Positions 50,084-61,828 of a stretch of DNA of 64,000 nucleotides are shown here, one piece after another. The notes under the pieces are model-generated. The model was not told where the DNA came from. It saw only the letters and a list, made by a program, of their open reading frames with translations, and made no database searches. How positions within the stretch are numbered: the first letter of the stretch is position 1; every line of letters starts with the position of its first letter. Origin of the DNA: Callorhinchus milii. Taxonomy: Eukaryota. The position numbers were made by a program, and so were the translations under genes. The stretch is taken from contig NW_024704743.1 in NCBI RefSeq assembly GCF_018977255.1, positions 55,182,001 through 55,246,000 on the forward strand. Reading direction: 5' to 3'.

Positions 50084-50629
50084 CAACAACAACAACAAGA
50101 TTCCATTTATAGAGCGCCTTTCACGTCGAGAGGACGTCCCAAGGCACTGGACAGTTGGGTCAGGACCCGAGCAGGGGGGAAATGGTCAGGGTGAGGGGAG
50201 GGAAGGGAAGGAGCGAGGAGGGGGGAAATGGTCAGGGTGAGGGCAGGGAAGGGAGGGGGCGAGGAGGGGGTAGAGAGTTGAGAGGGGAGCTAAAGGCCTG
50301 GTCAAAGAGAAAGGTTTTGAGACCGGCCTTGAAGGAGGAAAGGGAGGAGGCGGCGAAGGCACTGGGGGATGGAATTCCAGAGCCTGGGGGCTGAGAGGCT
50401 GAAGGCCCGGCCACCGATGGTAGGGCGGTTGGGGCGGGGGATGTGGAGCAGACCGGAGCCAGAGGAACAGAGGGTACAGTCAGGTAGGTAGGGGGATAGT
50501 AGGTCAGAGAGGTAGGAGGGAGCAACGCCGTGAATGGCCTTGTAGGTGAGGATGAGGATCTTGAATTCGATCCTCTGGGGGATGGGAAGCCAGTGGAGGC
50601 GAGTGAGGGTGGGAGTGATGTGGTCGCGA
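50084..50629 (-). mobile_element. Young 5'-truncated L2; target duplication atttta; two 3'UTR minisatellite units
   Basis: Reads RDHITPTLTRLHWLPIPQRIEFKILILTYKA. atttta occurs at 50078-50083 and 50630-50635. Confidence 0.95.
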
Positions 50630-50899
50630 ATTTTATGAACAAGATTGCAATTCTGCAAGCCATTTTGACACCTGCTTATGAGTATAAGCATCCTTCATGT
50701 AATTAAAACAACATAATTGTGATTCTGCCCATCAGTTCGACACTAGCTAAACATAACCATACTTAATGTAACTAATTTTTTTTTAATAATCCACTCCTGA
50801 TCTGATCACATTTTAATTATTAATTTCTGATCACAACAGGCACCTTAGCCAACGCTAACAATTAAGTGCCAACTTTTTTTAAAAAAAAAGCCATGTTCT

Positions 50900-51625
50900 G
50901 TGATTTACAACATCAGCCGATCAAATAGTGCAAGATTATTCCACTATTTGGTGAATTAGTAACTAGGAAGTATAAATTTAGGATTTTCAGTGAAATATTG
51001 AGGGGAAACCTTTTCACTTGACGGTTATTGGAACCCGAATACTCTGCCATATTGCACTGTATTTCAGACTACAACAATATTTAAGAGTGAGGTTGAATAA
51101 GCATTAGAATGGAATGATATGGGAAAAGAGCAAGGAGTGGCTTTAGAGAAGCTAGCTCCACTGAAGGACCTAGCTTTGGAATAGCATAGGCGTCACAGAG
51201 TCTATGGACCCGTGGAGTCCTGTAGCATAGTGGTTAAGTGCGATTGCCTCCCAAGCAAGAGGAATCAGGTTCAATTCCCTGGCGGGTTGAAATCTTAGGC
51301 AACTTTCCTTACTCCACACTTTTCTGTTTACCTAGATGTAAGTAGGAACTCGGTTGTTAGTCGATTAGCGGATCGCTTTCCGGGGGTACTGAAAAAAAAG
51401 TAATTTAAAATGTGGTCACTCAATCCACGATTGTTGTGGGACTCTGCTGTGTGTAATTGCCTGTCACATTTTGCCTACAAAATACACAGTCAATCCAATT
51501 AACAATATATTCTGTGAAGCACTTTGAGATGTCTCAACAACATCATAAGAGGCTATATCAAATGAAAGGATTATTATTATTAATATGGACTAAATAACCT
51601 CCTTCTGTGCTGTAATATATATTGT
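50900..51625 (+). mobile_element. Old CR1 3' end split by a SINE
   Basis: ttattccactatttggtgaattagtaactagg, and the tail cacagagtctatggac|taaataacctccttctgtgctgtaa. Confidence 0.75.
51210..51583 (+). mobile_element. Full-length second-family SINE; 7-bp target duplication tatggac
   Basis: A-box-like tagcatagtgg, B-box-like ggttcaattcc, middle ctgtttacctagatgtaagtaggaac, then Deu 3' part and (tta)n. tatggac occurs at 51203-51209 and 51584-51590. Confidence 0.93.
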
Positions 51626-52039
51626 AACCTGGAGGCTTGTTGGCCAGGAAAACTCCCTTTTCGTTTTGAATAATGCTTAGGATCTTTACAATCCATTCGT
51701 TGTTGATCAGGCAGGCAGGACCTCAGTTTAAGATGGAACTTCTAACATTCTGCATCTTATTTTTTTGGGGGCATCTGGTCAGGTGGTCTGTCACATGCAG
51801 AAACCCATTACAATGCTTAAGAATATCCAAACCAGATTGAGAGTTTCACAAATGTATGCCATCTAAACATGGAAATTTCTCTGTCTGGAAACAAATATGC
51901 ATTTTCTCTCACATCCTGCTTGTCTAATTCTAGAATATTAGGTGCAGATTGGCAAAAGGCAAGGACTAGGGATTCCAGAGTGTGTATTGGAGTACTGCTG
52001 GAGTGTTACCAGTTAAAACTGTATAACATGTAATTGTTT

Positions 52040-52400
52040 GCCAAGCTTCCCACTGCTTGTCCATCTAGGACCACCCTATCCATTAGGGCTTTAGTATGCA
52101 AGATTAACAGGAGCTGAGTGGGAACAATCTCTGTTCCGAGACTGTCTCGTCAAGTCCTGCTGACAAGCTACGCTGCCTGGTCTTTCATCAGCAAAGCCCT
52201 GGAGCACTGCGGACCAAGACCACGCTAGAGGGATGACTTGATTCCGATATTATGTTGCCAAACACATTGTCTTGCAATCAGTTCAACTCCAAGGAGACCG
52301 AGCTTACCTCCCTGCACTGCACTGTAATGCCAGCATAGACAATGAGCTCAAGTCCCAACTGGAAGAAGTGTGTTACAGTGCCGACTACGCATTGTGATTT
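52040..52400 (+). mobile_element. Tx1-like LINE C-terminal fossil
   Basis: Broken frames read RTTLSIR, ETVS-VLL..SYAAWSFISKAL and NQFNSKETELT. Confidence 0.5.
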
Positions 52401-52799
52401 CTCTCTCAAAGACAGAGCTGCAAAACAGTGTGGCCATCACAAGGCTTGATGGATCAGAATATAAATTAGAGAGAAGGGAAGAGAGAATATGCTGGAGGCT
52501 AGAGAGGGGAATTAGGATGGATGCAGTACTCATGTGGAGTATAAACACCAGCACAAACAAGTTAGATGAATGACCTGTTTTGGTGATGTAGATTCTGTGT
52601 ATGTATTGTATGGAGGATATTGCTACAAAGTTTCACATAAAGTATATTAATTAAGATAGATGTGCTCATGAGCAAACCTATGAGAGTCGAACTTCCTGTG
52701 TCCTTTGATTCACAAATCATGAAGCAATATCAACATGGCAATGGCCAAAAGGTGTTCCCTGGGCAAACAATGAATAATAATAATATCAATAATTTTGTT

Positions 52800-52955
52800 A
52801 GCCAGGACATAATGCCAGGGGATTTTTAATGTCCACCTGAACAGACAGATTGGTTTAATTTAACATTGGTTTAATGTCTCATCTGAAGGATAGCACCTCC
52901 AACAATGCACCTCGTCTCCAACACTGCATTGACGTGTCAGCTAAGACAATGAGCT
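52800..52955 (-). mobile_element. Deu-SINE fragment
   Basis: tttaatgtctcatctgaaggatagcacctccaacaatgca...gtgtcagc. Confidence 0.75.
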
Positions 52956-54682
52956 AAAAATCCTTTGTTTTACTTTGTTTTTATTGTTTTGGCACACCAC
53001 AATTTCATGTTCTAAAACACCGATATGGTTAAAAAATAGGAGTGGTTTGGAATTAATTATTGCTATTAAGTTAAAACTGTTTCTAACTATTTCTAACTAC
53101 AACGCTATATGGTTTCATACTATATTTATCTTCAGAACCTTATGCCAGCTGCATTATTTTACCCTGCCTCCAACTGTTTTTGAAGAGTAAGGAGTTAGCA
53201 TGACTGCTTGTGGAGCCATAAGTCCCACTGTTATACTTGACATGGGAGTGCTCAATCTTAAATATTTTCCATCCTTGTTAACCAGTGTTTAACCATAAAC
53301 AAAACAGCTAAGAGTTATATTCTCTCTTTTATAAAAATGCTGAGTTGCCTCAGAAACCTTGACTTGAGGGAAGTTTTCAGTTTAAAAAATGGATTTGTTT
53401 TGCAATATTGATCTTGCGATTGAAGGTAACAGTTCAATATTTTTGCCTAACCTGATTTACAATCTTCTGTACCTTGCTTTCAATAGTGCTTATTTAATAG
53501 GAGAGGTCAGACAGGACCAGTCAAATGGAACACCATTGTCTTAGCCTATATATTGTCTTTCTTTGTCTTATATCATCATACATTTTTACCTGTAGTTTGC
53601 ACACAGCAAGCTCAAATGTCTCGTCCACTACCCCAGGCAGCCTGAGTTGCTATTTTCTCCTGCCTGCTCGCCAGAGATAAGTGAAAGTCCACAACTATAA
53701 CATGAAAGTCGAGAAGCCGAACTTTGAAATAAAGGCACGTGAGCTAATTGACCCAGGCTCAGTTGTTTCTAGGTTGCCAATGATTCTGTAAACTTCATGC
53801 TGTGTAAATGGGAAAATAGTTTACTGAAGTGGTTGGTCAGGGTATTATGGAGCCACTTCTGAGTGAAGAAGCCCTGCAACATCCTTATATGAACTTGCCA
53901 TTGTTTTCAGCATAGTGGTGAGTTTAAACTCAGCTCAGGTATCGGAGTACTTCAATTATTTTCTTTGAGATCGACACCCATCAAGAGACATTCAGACTTT
54001 AGTGCAGTGAAAATCAGATACTGAGAGGAGAGTCCCAAACTGTTTGCAGTCATCAAAGCAAAATAAAGGGGTAAAGGTATCATATGAAACTTACGTCTTA
54101 AACAAATTACATGCAAAGGATCCATTCAATGGATGATTCAATGGTTCACAGTGCAAGGGTTAAATGCACTTCATTTACGATTACATTTCATGAAGAGGAA
54201 ACAGTATATTCTAAACGTGTAAGCACATTTGTGTAATTTTGTGTTTTGTTTAACTTAAATTACTGAATGAATGATTAAATGGGCTGTGGTACAAACATTT
54301 CTATGCATGTTTTTCTAAGTATAGGTAAGTGAAATCCAATAGGCCTGAAATGATCCAAGCATACATTTGCTGCTAAACTAGCTGCATAATATTAGGACTT
54401 GTGACAAGATTGAAATGGGTTCACTAGATTACAATTAAAGATGTATGTGCCGTTCTAAAAACAGTTTTTTAAAAACAGTCTTTTCCCAAGTACATCTTCC
54501 ACTTTTCTAACTAGGCATCTCTAAACTTTATAAATGTTGTGATGCAGAAAATTTTGCCCCAAAAATACACAGTCAAGCCACTTTTCAATATATACTGTGA
54601 AGCGCTTTGAGATGTCTCAACAACATGATAAGGCACTATATCAAATGCAAGGATTGTCATTAGTATTAGATATCAGAGCTAG

Positions 54683-55505
54683 ATGATCAATGATCTAGAT
54701 GAGGACATCGAAGTTAATATATCTAAATTCGCGGATGACACAAAACTAGGAGGAAGTGTCAACACAGAGGACGACATAAAAAAAATGCAGCAAGACATAG
54801 GTGATTGGACAGGTAGGTGGCAGATGAAGTATAGTGTACGGAAGTGCAAAGTCATCCACCCAGGTAGCAAAAACAGTAGAGCGGGTTATTTTTTAGAAGG
54901 GGAGAGATTGGAATGTGTGAGACACACCATGGTAAGACCACACCTGGAATACTGTGTGCAGTTTTGGTCTCCTTATGAGATGTACTTGCTTTGGAGGGGG
55001 TGCAGCGTAGATTTACTAGGTTAGTGCCAGGGATGAAGGGGTTGAGTTACGAGGATAGGCTGACCAATTTGGGCCTATATTCTCTAGAATATAGAAGAAT
55101 TAGAGGGGTTCTTATAGAAACCTATAAGATCATCAAAGGGCATGATAGAGTAGATAGTGGGAGATTGTTTCCCCTGGTTGGAGAAACTAAAACCAGGGGT
55201 CACAACCTTAAAATCAGAGGCCAGCCCTTTCGCACAGAGTTGAGGAAGAACTTCTTCACTCTAAAGGGTGGTGAATGTACGTAACTCACTACCCCAAAGG
55301 GCTGTTGACTCTCAGTCCTTGAACATATTCAAGACTGAGATAGATAGATTTCTTATTGCAAAAGGGATTAAGGGATATGGGATAAGGCAGGGTCAGGTTA
55401 TTAGCTGGAGTTAGATTAGAAGATCAGCCATGATTGAATGGCGGGGCAGGCTCGAAGGGCCGAATGGCCTACACCTGCTCCTACATGTTATGTTATGTTA
55501 CGTTA
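54683..55505 (+). mobile_element. CR1 LINE 3' part (distinct subfamily, atgtt tail), internally deleted
   Basis: Reads INDLDE...KFADDTKLGG, VRPHLEYCVQFWSP, VQRRFTRLVPG and TRGHNLK. Confidence 0.95.
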
Positions 55506-57599
55506 GCTTCAAAGAAGCACCCTGTTCCAGATGGGTGGCAACTAAATATACTGTACACTGGACAACAACAACTTGCATTTATATGGTGCCCTTCACGTAG
55601 GGTATTGTCTCAGAGCGCTTAACAGAGGCAGAGCTTGTTGTCAAGCACACCAACTTTATTTTGTCAAGTTAGCATAGACGTTGCTAGAAGATACTAACAA
55701 GTTAATAAGTGCTGTCAATTAAAGTATTTCTTTGCCGAATTTAGCACAGTGACATTTAGCAGGATTGTGAATTGCTTTTATTTTCACGTTCTTTCACTTT
55801 TTCTCCCAAGTATATTTTCTCTCTGAATGTTATGTTATACATACATCCTGAGAGCTTTGTTACCGCCTCCAATGCTCCGGTAGGAGAAAAATCAGCACTG
55901 GTCCACTTCTGAATGCTATCTTGAGTCAATGCAGGAAGACATGTATGGACAGAGGACAGTATCTGTCATGGCTGCAATGTTTCCCAGTCAAATACCTGCA
56001 CCATAAAATGCCCAGTGTCTGTGGAACTGTATCCCAATAGAAGGAAAACACAGTCAAAAGGCCATTCACAAGAAGAGAAAGAGAGGGGGAAAAATAAAAC
56101 ATAAATCCAGTTAAAAATCTAGCAGTATGTCGATCACCTGGTTCCACTGTTGCTCCTGGAAAATGCCCTTTATTGGAGTTCAAATGAGAACAACAGACAC
56201 TGTTGTTGACACAAAGCTGTACACTTCTGAAGGCACACAAAATGGAGCTTGAAATTTGACATCTTTCTAAGTTTCAAAGATGAATCAAAACAGGAAGGTT
56301 GAAAGTTTAAATAAACACTCATAATTTGCAATTATACTCCATAGGTATTTTTGTTAAGATAGAATGCCTCTTTCAGGTTCATAGCCAAAGCACCAGTCCG
56401 GTATACTATGAACATAGAAATGTTAAGACAAAATATGGGGACTAGACTCCAATAACTATAGAAGTCGGATTGTTATTTGTTGAGAAATTGACAGCACAGA
56501 CATATACACTTCATTGTTCTATCAAGGTATAGTTTCTGATAGTGTTGAATAGATGAAAGGTCCCTTTGAAACTAAATACGCAATATTGAAGACATTTGCA
56601 ATTGACATCTGAACTGTAAGGGCTAAATCTGGAAACTGATCACCCTCTGAGGTCACCCACAAAGAAAGATGAACAAGAGAACATATTGGAGCTCTGGCAA
56701 TATGTTTCTTGTTTAACAAAACCAGCTGCTTCAGTTTCAAAGCAATTTTAAGATATGTTTTTATGGCATTAATATTTTTACACCGTTTGGATAATATTAT
56801 TGAAACATTTTTATGATAGTCATCTGACTGTTCCCTTTCTTGCTGATAAATGTAGTCAGTTGTTTGGGGCAGTCGGTCGGATCTTGGTTTGAATTCTGGT
56901 CGGTCCCCTCAACTATACATTCTTTCAAGATCAATTAAAATAGTGATTTATCTTTAAAAAAATGTATATCTCCCAGAAGGGGGAATGGAATGTAAGCATA
57001 TTTTTCCTGTGGCTCAATCAATAACTGAGGAGACACACACCTGGCAAAAGCCAGGCAGAACCACAGTAATCCAAAGCAGACGTTGAGGTGTCAGATTGGC
57101 TTAGTTGATAGTTCTCTCTCCTGTTGCTCAAAAGTTTATGATTTTAAACCCCATATTAGGGTTTGAGCTCATTGTTTAGGGTGACCCTCTAGTAAAGTCA
57201 TTCTTCCCACCTCACAAAATCATCCAGGCCGGCACTAACTGCTGGTGGTCTTAATTGGCTAAATGGGAAGTTCAATAAGGTAGTGTACTGGTAAATCGCA
57301 CAGTTTAGCTGATTTAAATTCCATCAGTAACCACATTGTGTACATTTACACCCCTAATGGAAGGACCGATGTTCTTTTTACATTCAGACTGCGCAAATTA
57401 TACAAGGCATAAAAATTCACAACCCATTTTCCTGAAGACTGAATGGACAATTCTGTTTTGTCATGTCGTTGTGCCAATATAATAGCATCCAACATCTACA
57501 CTACTGAAGCCTTTCTGCTTGGGATTACAGTTCTTAATACATCAACTTTCATCCTGAGTGTTTATGGCAACTCCACTCATAGAATCTGGCATGTAAAGT

Positions 57600-57960
57600 A
57601 ATTGTCTATGTAAGAACTCTTTGTTAACCAATGGCTCGTCAAGGTCCCAAAACATGCCTATCAGTCTGTTGTCTTATCTCCAAAACATCTCAGTTGGCGC
57701 ATTTCCTCCATACGAATTTCAATGTACCCTTTGGAATTCCAAGCAGCAGCATTTTATAAATTCACACAAATCATACGTAGTTGATTCCTTTTTATACACT
57801 TTGTCTGGCATTACTCACCAAAATGAAAATCTTCTCTCCGTGGATGCAAGAACAATAACAAAGTTACATTTGTATAGTGCCTTTCAAGTCGTGAGGACAT
57901 CCCAAGGTGCTGAATTAGGACATCCCTAATGCAAAGATAATGCATTACCTTTGCAAACAT
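57600..57960 (-). mobile_element. Possible hAT transposase C-terminal (dimerisation domain) fossil, interrupted by an L2 tail (about 57850-57925)
   Basis: Minus-strand frames read FAKVMHYLCI, ASTERRFS (57824-57847) and RNQLRMICVNL. Confidence 0.35.
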
Positions 57961-58289
57961 TATTTTAGTTTCTAGTACATTAACCTTATCTCAGTGTATT
58001 CTTTTAATCCTTTCACTGAAGATACCATTCAAATTCATCTGTTACCCATATCAATTGATTTTAGTTGGTCCCCAGACATTAATGCAGCAACAAAGAATGT
58101 AATAAAGCAATGGAGTCTATGGCAAGTAGGTCATTGATTCTAAGTATGTGAAAACTTATGAAGGAAATTCAAAGAATAAAAGATAAATAAAAACCAGGAC
58201 CCAACACACTAGCAAATAAAAAGGTGCATTTTTTTTCAAAATGATGTGGCTTAGTTGGTAGCACACTTGTCTTCAGACAGAAAGGAGGT

Positions 58290-58390
58290 CACCAGCATGG
58301 TGGATAAGAGAGTGTCTATGGATATCGTCTATGCGGACTTCCAGAAGGCATTTGGTAAGTTTCCGTACAAGAGGTTTTTAGCAAATTAGT
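58290..58390 (+). mobile_element. CR1 RT fragment
   Basis: Reads VDKRVSMDIVYADFQKAFGK. Confidence 0.8.
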
Positions 58391-58507
58391 ATTTATTATT
58401 ACTATTAGCTTTTGGTTATTAGCATTTTCCCGCTTCCACTCCCTCCCTCTCTGGTAAACGTCCTCCCGTGGCAGTGGCAGGAGCTGGCGGTTGGGAGGAC
58501 GCAGCAT

Positions 58508-58920
58508 GGAGAGTGAGTGGGGGGGGGGGGGGGGCAGGAGTGGGGGCAGCGAGAGTGAAGGAGAGGGAGAGAGAGGGAGAAAGGGGGAAGATTATGGGAG
58601 AGAGAGTGGAGAGAGAGTATGTGTGAGAGAGAGGTAAGAAAGGGGGAGTGAGGGAAAGAAATTGAGAGAGAATGTGAGAGAGCGAGAGAGAAAGAGTGTG
58701 TGAGAGAGTGTGAGGGGGGCGAGGGAGTGAATGTGAGGGAGAGAGGGAGCGAAAGAAACAGAGAGAGGGAGATTGAGAGAGGGTGATTGAGAGAAGATTT
58801 GAGCGGGGATAGAGAGAGTATGTGAAGTCAGTGGGGGAATGAGAGAAAGTAATTGAGAGAGGGAGAGATTGTGTATGAGAGAGAGGAGGAGAGGGGGAAG
58901 AAAGTGATTGAGAGGGAGTG
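58508..58920. repeat. GA-rich low-complexity tract with a poly-G run
   Basis: Read directly from the sequence. It explains the S/L/P-rich minus-strand ORFs. Confidence 0.95.
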
Positions 58921-59312
58921 GGACGGGCCCAGTGGGGGGACATGGTGCAGGCTGGAGCCTGCTGAGCGGAGGGAGCACACAGGTTGATAAGGGGTTAGCA
59001 GGTCACAGAGGTAGAAAGTGGCAAGGCTGTGGAGGGCCAAACACCAACTTGTTTCATGTCCTCCCCCACTCCAACACCACCTGCTCCACCATCTCCATTT
59101 GGCCCCCCCGACTGAGCTCCATTCTTGGAGTCCTGCCAACTCCTTCCCTCCCCTCTTTCAAGACACGTCAAAACCTAACTCATTGACCACCCTTTTGGTC
59201 ATCTTTTCCCCTCCCTATCCCACTTCTGTTGGCTCCCAACCCCAGCTCAGATGCTCAGCCAACGGTGTCAAGGTATCCTTCCAACATGAAAAAGGTGCTG
59301 TGTAAATGTTGT
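58921..59312. mobile_element. Head-to-head L2 fragments: minus 58921-59038, plus 59039-59312
   Basis: The minus piece reads ALHSLATFYLCDLLTPYQPV. The plus piece ends in an L2 tail (catgaaaaaggtgct). Confidence 0.8.
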
Positions 59313-59344
59313 TATATTTCTGGAAGGGAACCACAAAATATTGC

Positions 59345-59422
59345 CTATGCAGCCTGCGGATCTTTCTCAAATAGGGAATTTGGCCCGAGGCAGCCATAAA
59401 GTTGGACCACCCTGATCTAGAC
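59345..59422. mobile_element. hAT-Charlie-type MITE terminus
   Basis: tttggcccgagg...aaagttggaccaccctg is followed by atctagac, an NTCTAGAN-type target. The partner end was not found. Confidence 0.55.
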
Positions 59423-59737
59423 TAATGCTCCAGTGCAGTATGGGGGGGATGGGCAGTATACATCACATGTTTGAATTGAAATCCTTTGAATTAGATGTTA
59501 AACCAAGGCCATTTCTGTCTCTAAGTAGACATTAGAGATCCCATGACACTATTCAAAGAGAGAAGAGTTTCTTCTTGTGTCACTTGTTTATTGTTTTTTG
59601 TGGGACATTCCTGTGTATAAATTGACCGGTGCATTGCCTACAAAATACACAGTCACTAAAGTAGATCTCATAAAGCTCTTTGAGACATCTTCCCATCATG
59701 AAAATCACTATTACCAAATGTGAGGATTATTATTATA
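59423..59737 (+). mobile_element. Deu-SINE
   Basis: agatcccatgacactattcaaagag...ttgtgggacattcctgtgtataaattg...ggattattatta. Confidence 0.8.
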
Positions 59738-61024
59738 AAACAATATTTGAACTAATAACCCTTTGATCTATGTAGCTTAGAGATGCAACAGATAATACAT
59801 TCACTTCGTAGGCCATTGAAAAAGCTAAACATGCAACATTTAATCCTTTTTTGAAATGACAAGAAAACCCCAAGAGTTAAAAATGTGACTTGTGATATGA
59901 TAATCACATCATTAGTGATAATTATTCCACTCAGTCAAACATTTCGATATCTGATGAACAGCCCTTCCCACGCCCAACTTTATCAAATGGATAAACATTT
60001 GTTTAAGTGTTGGATTGCAGGATACCACCTTAAATTACACCTTTAAAATCCCCCCAAATTCCTCTGGCAACTCTTAAGAAAATAATGATAAATGAATCGT
60101 TGCATTTGTATGGTTCCTTTCACGTCGGGAAGACATTTCAAAGTGTTTGGCAATATTTTACAGTAAAGTTCAGCAAGTGTGTATTTTGTAGGCAAACACA
60201 GCTGCCAATTTGTACACAGCAATAGAATCAGAGAAGTGTTCAGCACAAAAGGAGGCGATTCTGTGGTGGTTCTCAAAGCAAGGTGTTCATTCAATCCCTA
60301 CGTTTACTCATACCCCTTGAAGCCCCAATGTCCCACAGAGTTTTATATCTTGGTTGAAAGAGATCAGCTCAATTTAGTTTTGTGCTTTAATTAACTGCAG
60401 ATTAATTCACTGGTTAAGAAATCCTGCTAAGTTAGTGAGTTGTTGATCCAGTAGCTTAGGCACTAAATTAATCAGTACAATATGAGTGTTTATACTGCAA
60501 CACCAAACGCCTGAAACAATTACTGTTCAAGTGACCTTTCTTGCTCTAATATTAGCTAATAAAAGTTTTATTTTGCTTTCCCATTGTATGTTCTTTTTAT
60601 AAGTTAGCACACTTAATCTGAGAGGAAATATCAAGTCAGAGCCAAATTCTTCTTTTATTATATTCCATTTTGTGCTATTTCATCGCTTAGTTTAGGCCAT
60701 GTAACTGGAATTTTTGACTTTCGTAGTACACAGGAGGGAAAATATGAAGCCTGGTACTAAATCTAGTAAGTTTGTGTTTCGGTGTAAACTGTAACCGGAA
60801 ATCAGCAGTTATTCAGTGTTTAAGAAATTGTTAATTTCCAATTTTCTCCCCTTTAAAATGCAGCTGTAAAAACATATACTGTAGTACCAAAATGTTAAAC
60901 AGGCAAATTAAACTAGTTCGCTCTCTGCTGAAGGCAATCAAATGCAATTACATCTTATTTTCCATTCCTAATGGCGCAAATAGTTTTTTTTCTCACAGGC
61001 CTTATAAGGGTATTATCACTATTC

Positions 61025-61690
61025 TTCTCCGCCACCTCTCCTTTCAGCTCCACCATCATGGTTCTGACCTATCCTGGATTCAATCTTACCTATGCCAGTG
61101 TTTCCATTTTCCTTGTTCTAACAGTTTCTCCCTTCCCTGCACTGTCACACGTGGCGCTCCTAGGAGCTCTCTCCTCGGTCCGCTCCTTTTCAATATCTAT
61201 TTGCTCCTGCTCAGCTATATCATCAGATGGCATGGAGTTAACTTACACCCATATATGGATGACACCAACTCTATTTCTCTGCTTCCACCCTTGAATCCAG
61301 GATCACTGCTGTTCTGATCGATTGCCTTTCAGACAATAGGTCTTGGATGAACACTAACTTTCTCCAGTGAATGTTGACAAGACAGAGTCCCTCCTGCTTG
61401 GACCCATCAGCACCTCCTTACCTCAGGCATTGACAACATCAGGTGGCTGCACACTCCACTTTGTGGAGCCGGTGCAAAATCTCGGTGTCTTGTTCGACTT
61501 CCAATTGTCCTTCAGAGCCCATATCTGCGTGCTCAGTATCCCCCACCTCCAAAACATTGCCCGCCTTTGCCACTAGATTGGCAAGACCCTAATCTATGCA
61601 TTCATTACGTCCATGCTTGACTACACCAATGCTCTGCTCACTGGACTACTGAACTCTTCCCTTCAAAAGCTGCAGACTATCCAGAATTAT
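61025..61690 (+). mobile_element. Old L2 RT fragment
   Basis: Reads [29 protein letters not shown] and NVDKTE. Confidence 0.88.
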
Positions 61691-61828
61691 GTGTGTTTTG
61701 TGGGTAAATGCAAGGTAACAACAACAACTTGCATTTATATAGCAGGGTAGCATCCCAGAGTCCTTACACAAGTAAGTACCTCCTGTGTAACGTACAGAAC
61801 ATGTGAGCATATCTAAGTGATTCTACTA

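Noticed and set aside
51210..51290. tRNA gene (also about 18700-18768, 35665-35740 and 47290-47365)
   Set aside because: These are SINE heads, continuous with SINE bodies and tails.
53911..53917. 7-nt micro-exon ttttcag|CATAGTG|gtgagt
   Set aside because: It is not frame-preserving, no neighbouring exons were identified, and such matches arise by chance. RNA-seq junctions would be needed.
3101..55930. Scattered TGA(G/C)TCA AP-1 sites and other short transcription-factor motifs
   Set aside because: Short motifs are expected by chance in 64 kb, and I have no conservation data.
55995..56228. Minus-strand acceptor/donor pairs and a 104-aa ORF
   Set aside because: Donors are weak and I recognise no protein in any frame.
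58419..58978. 174-aa and 128-aa Ser/Leu/Pro-rich ORFs
   Set aside because: They are read-through of the GA-rich low-complexity tract.
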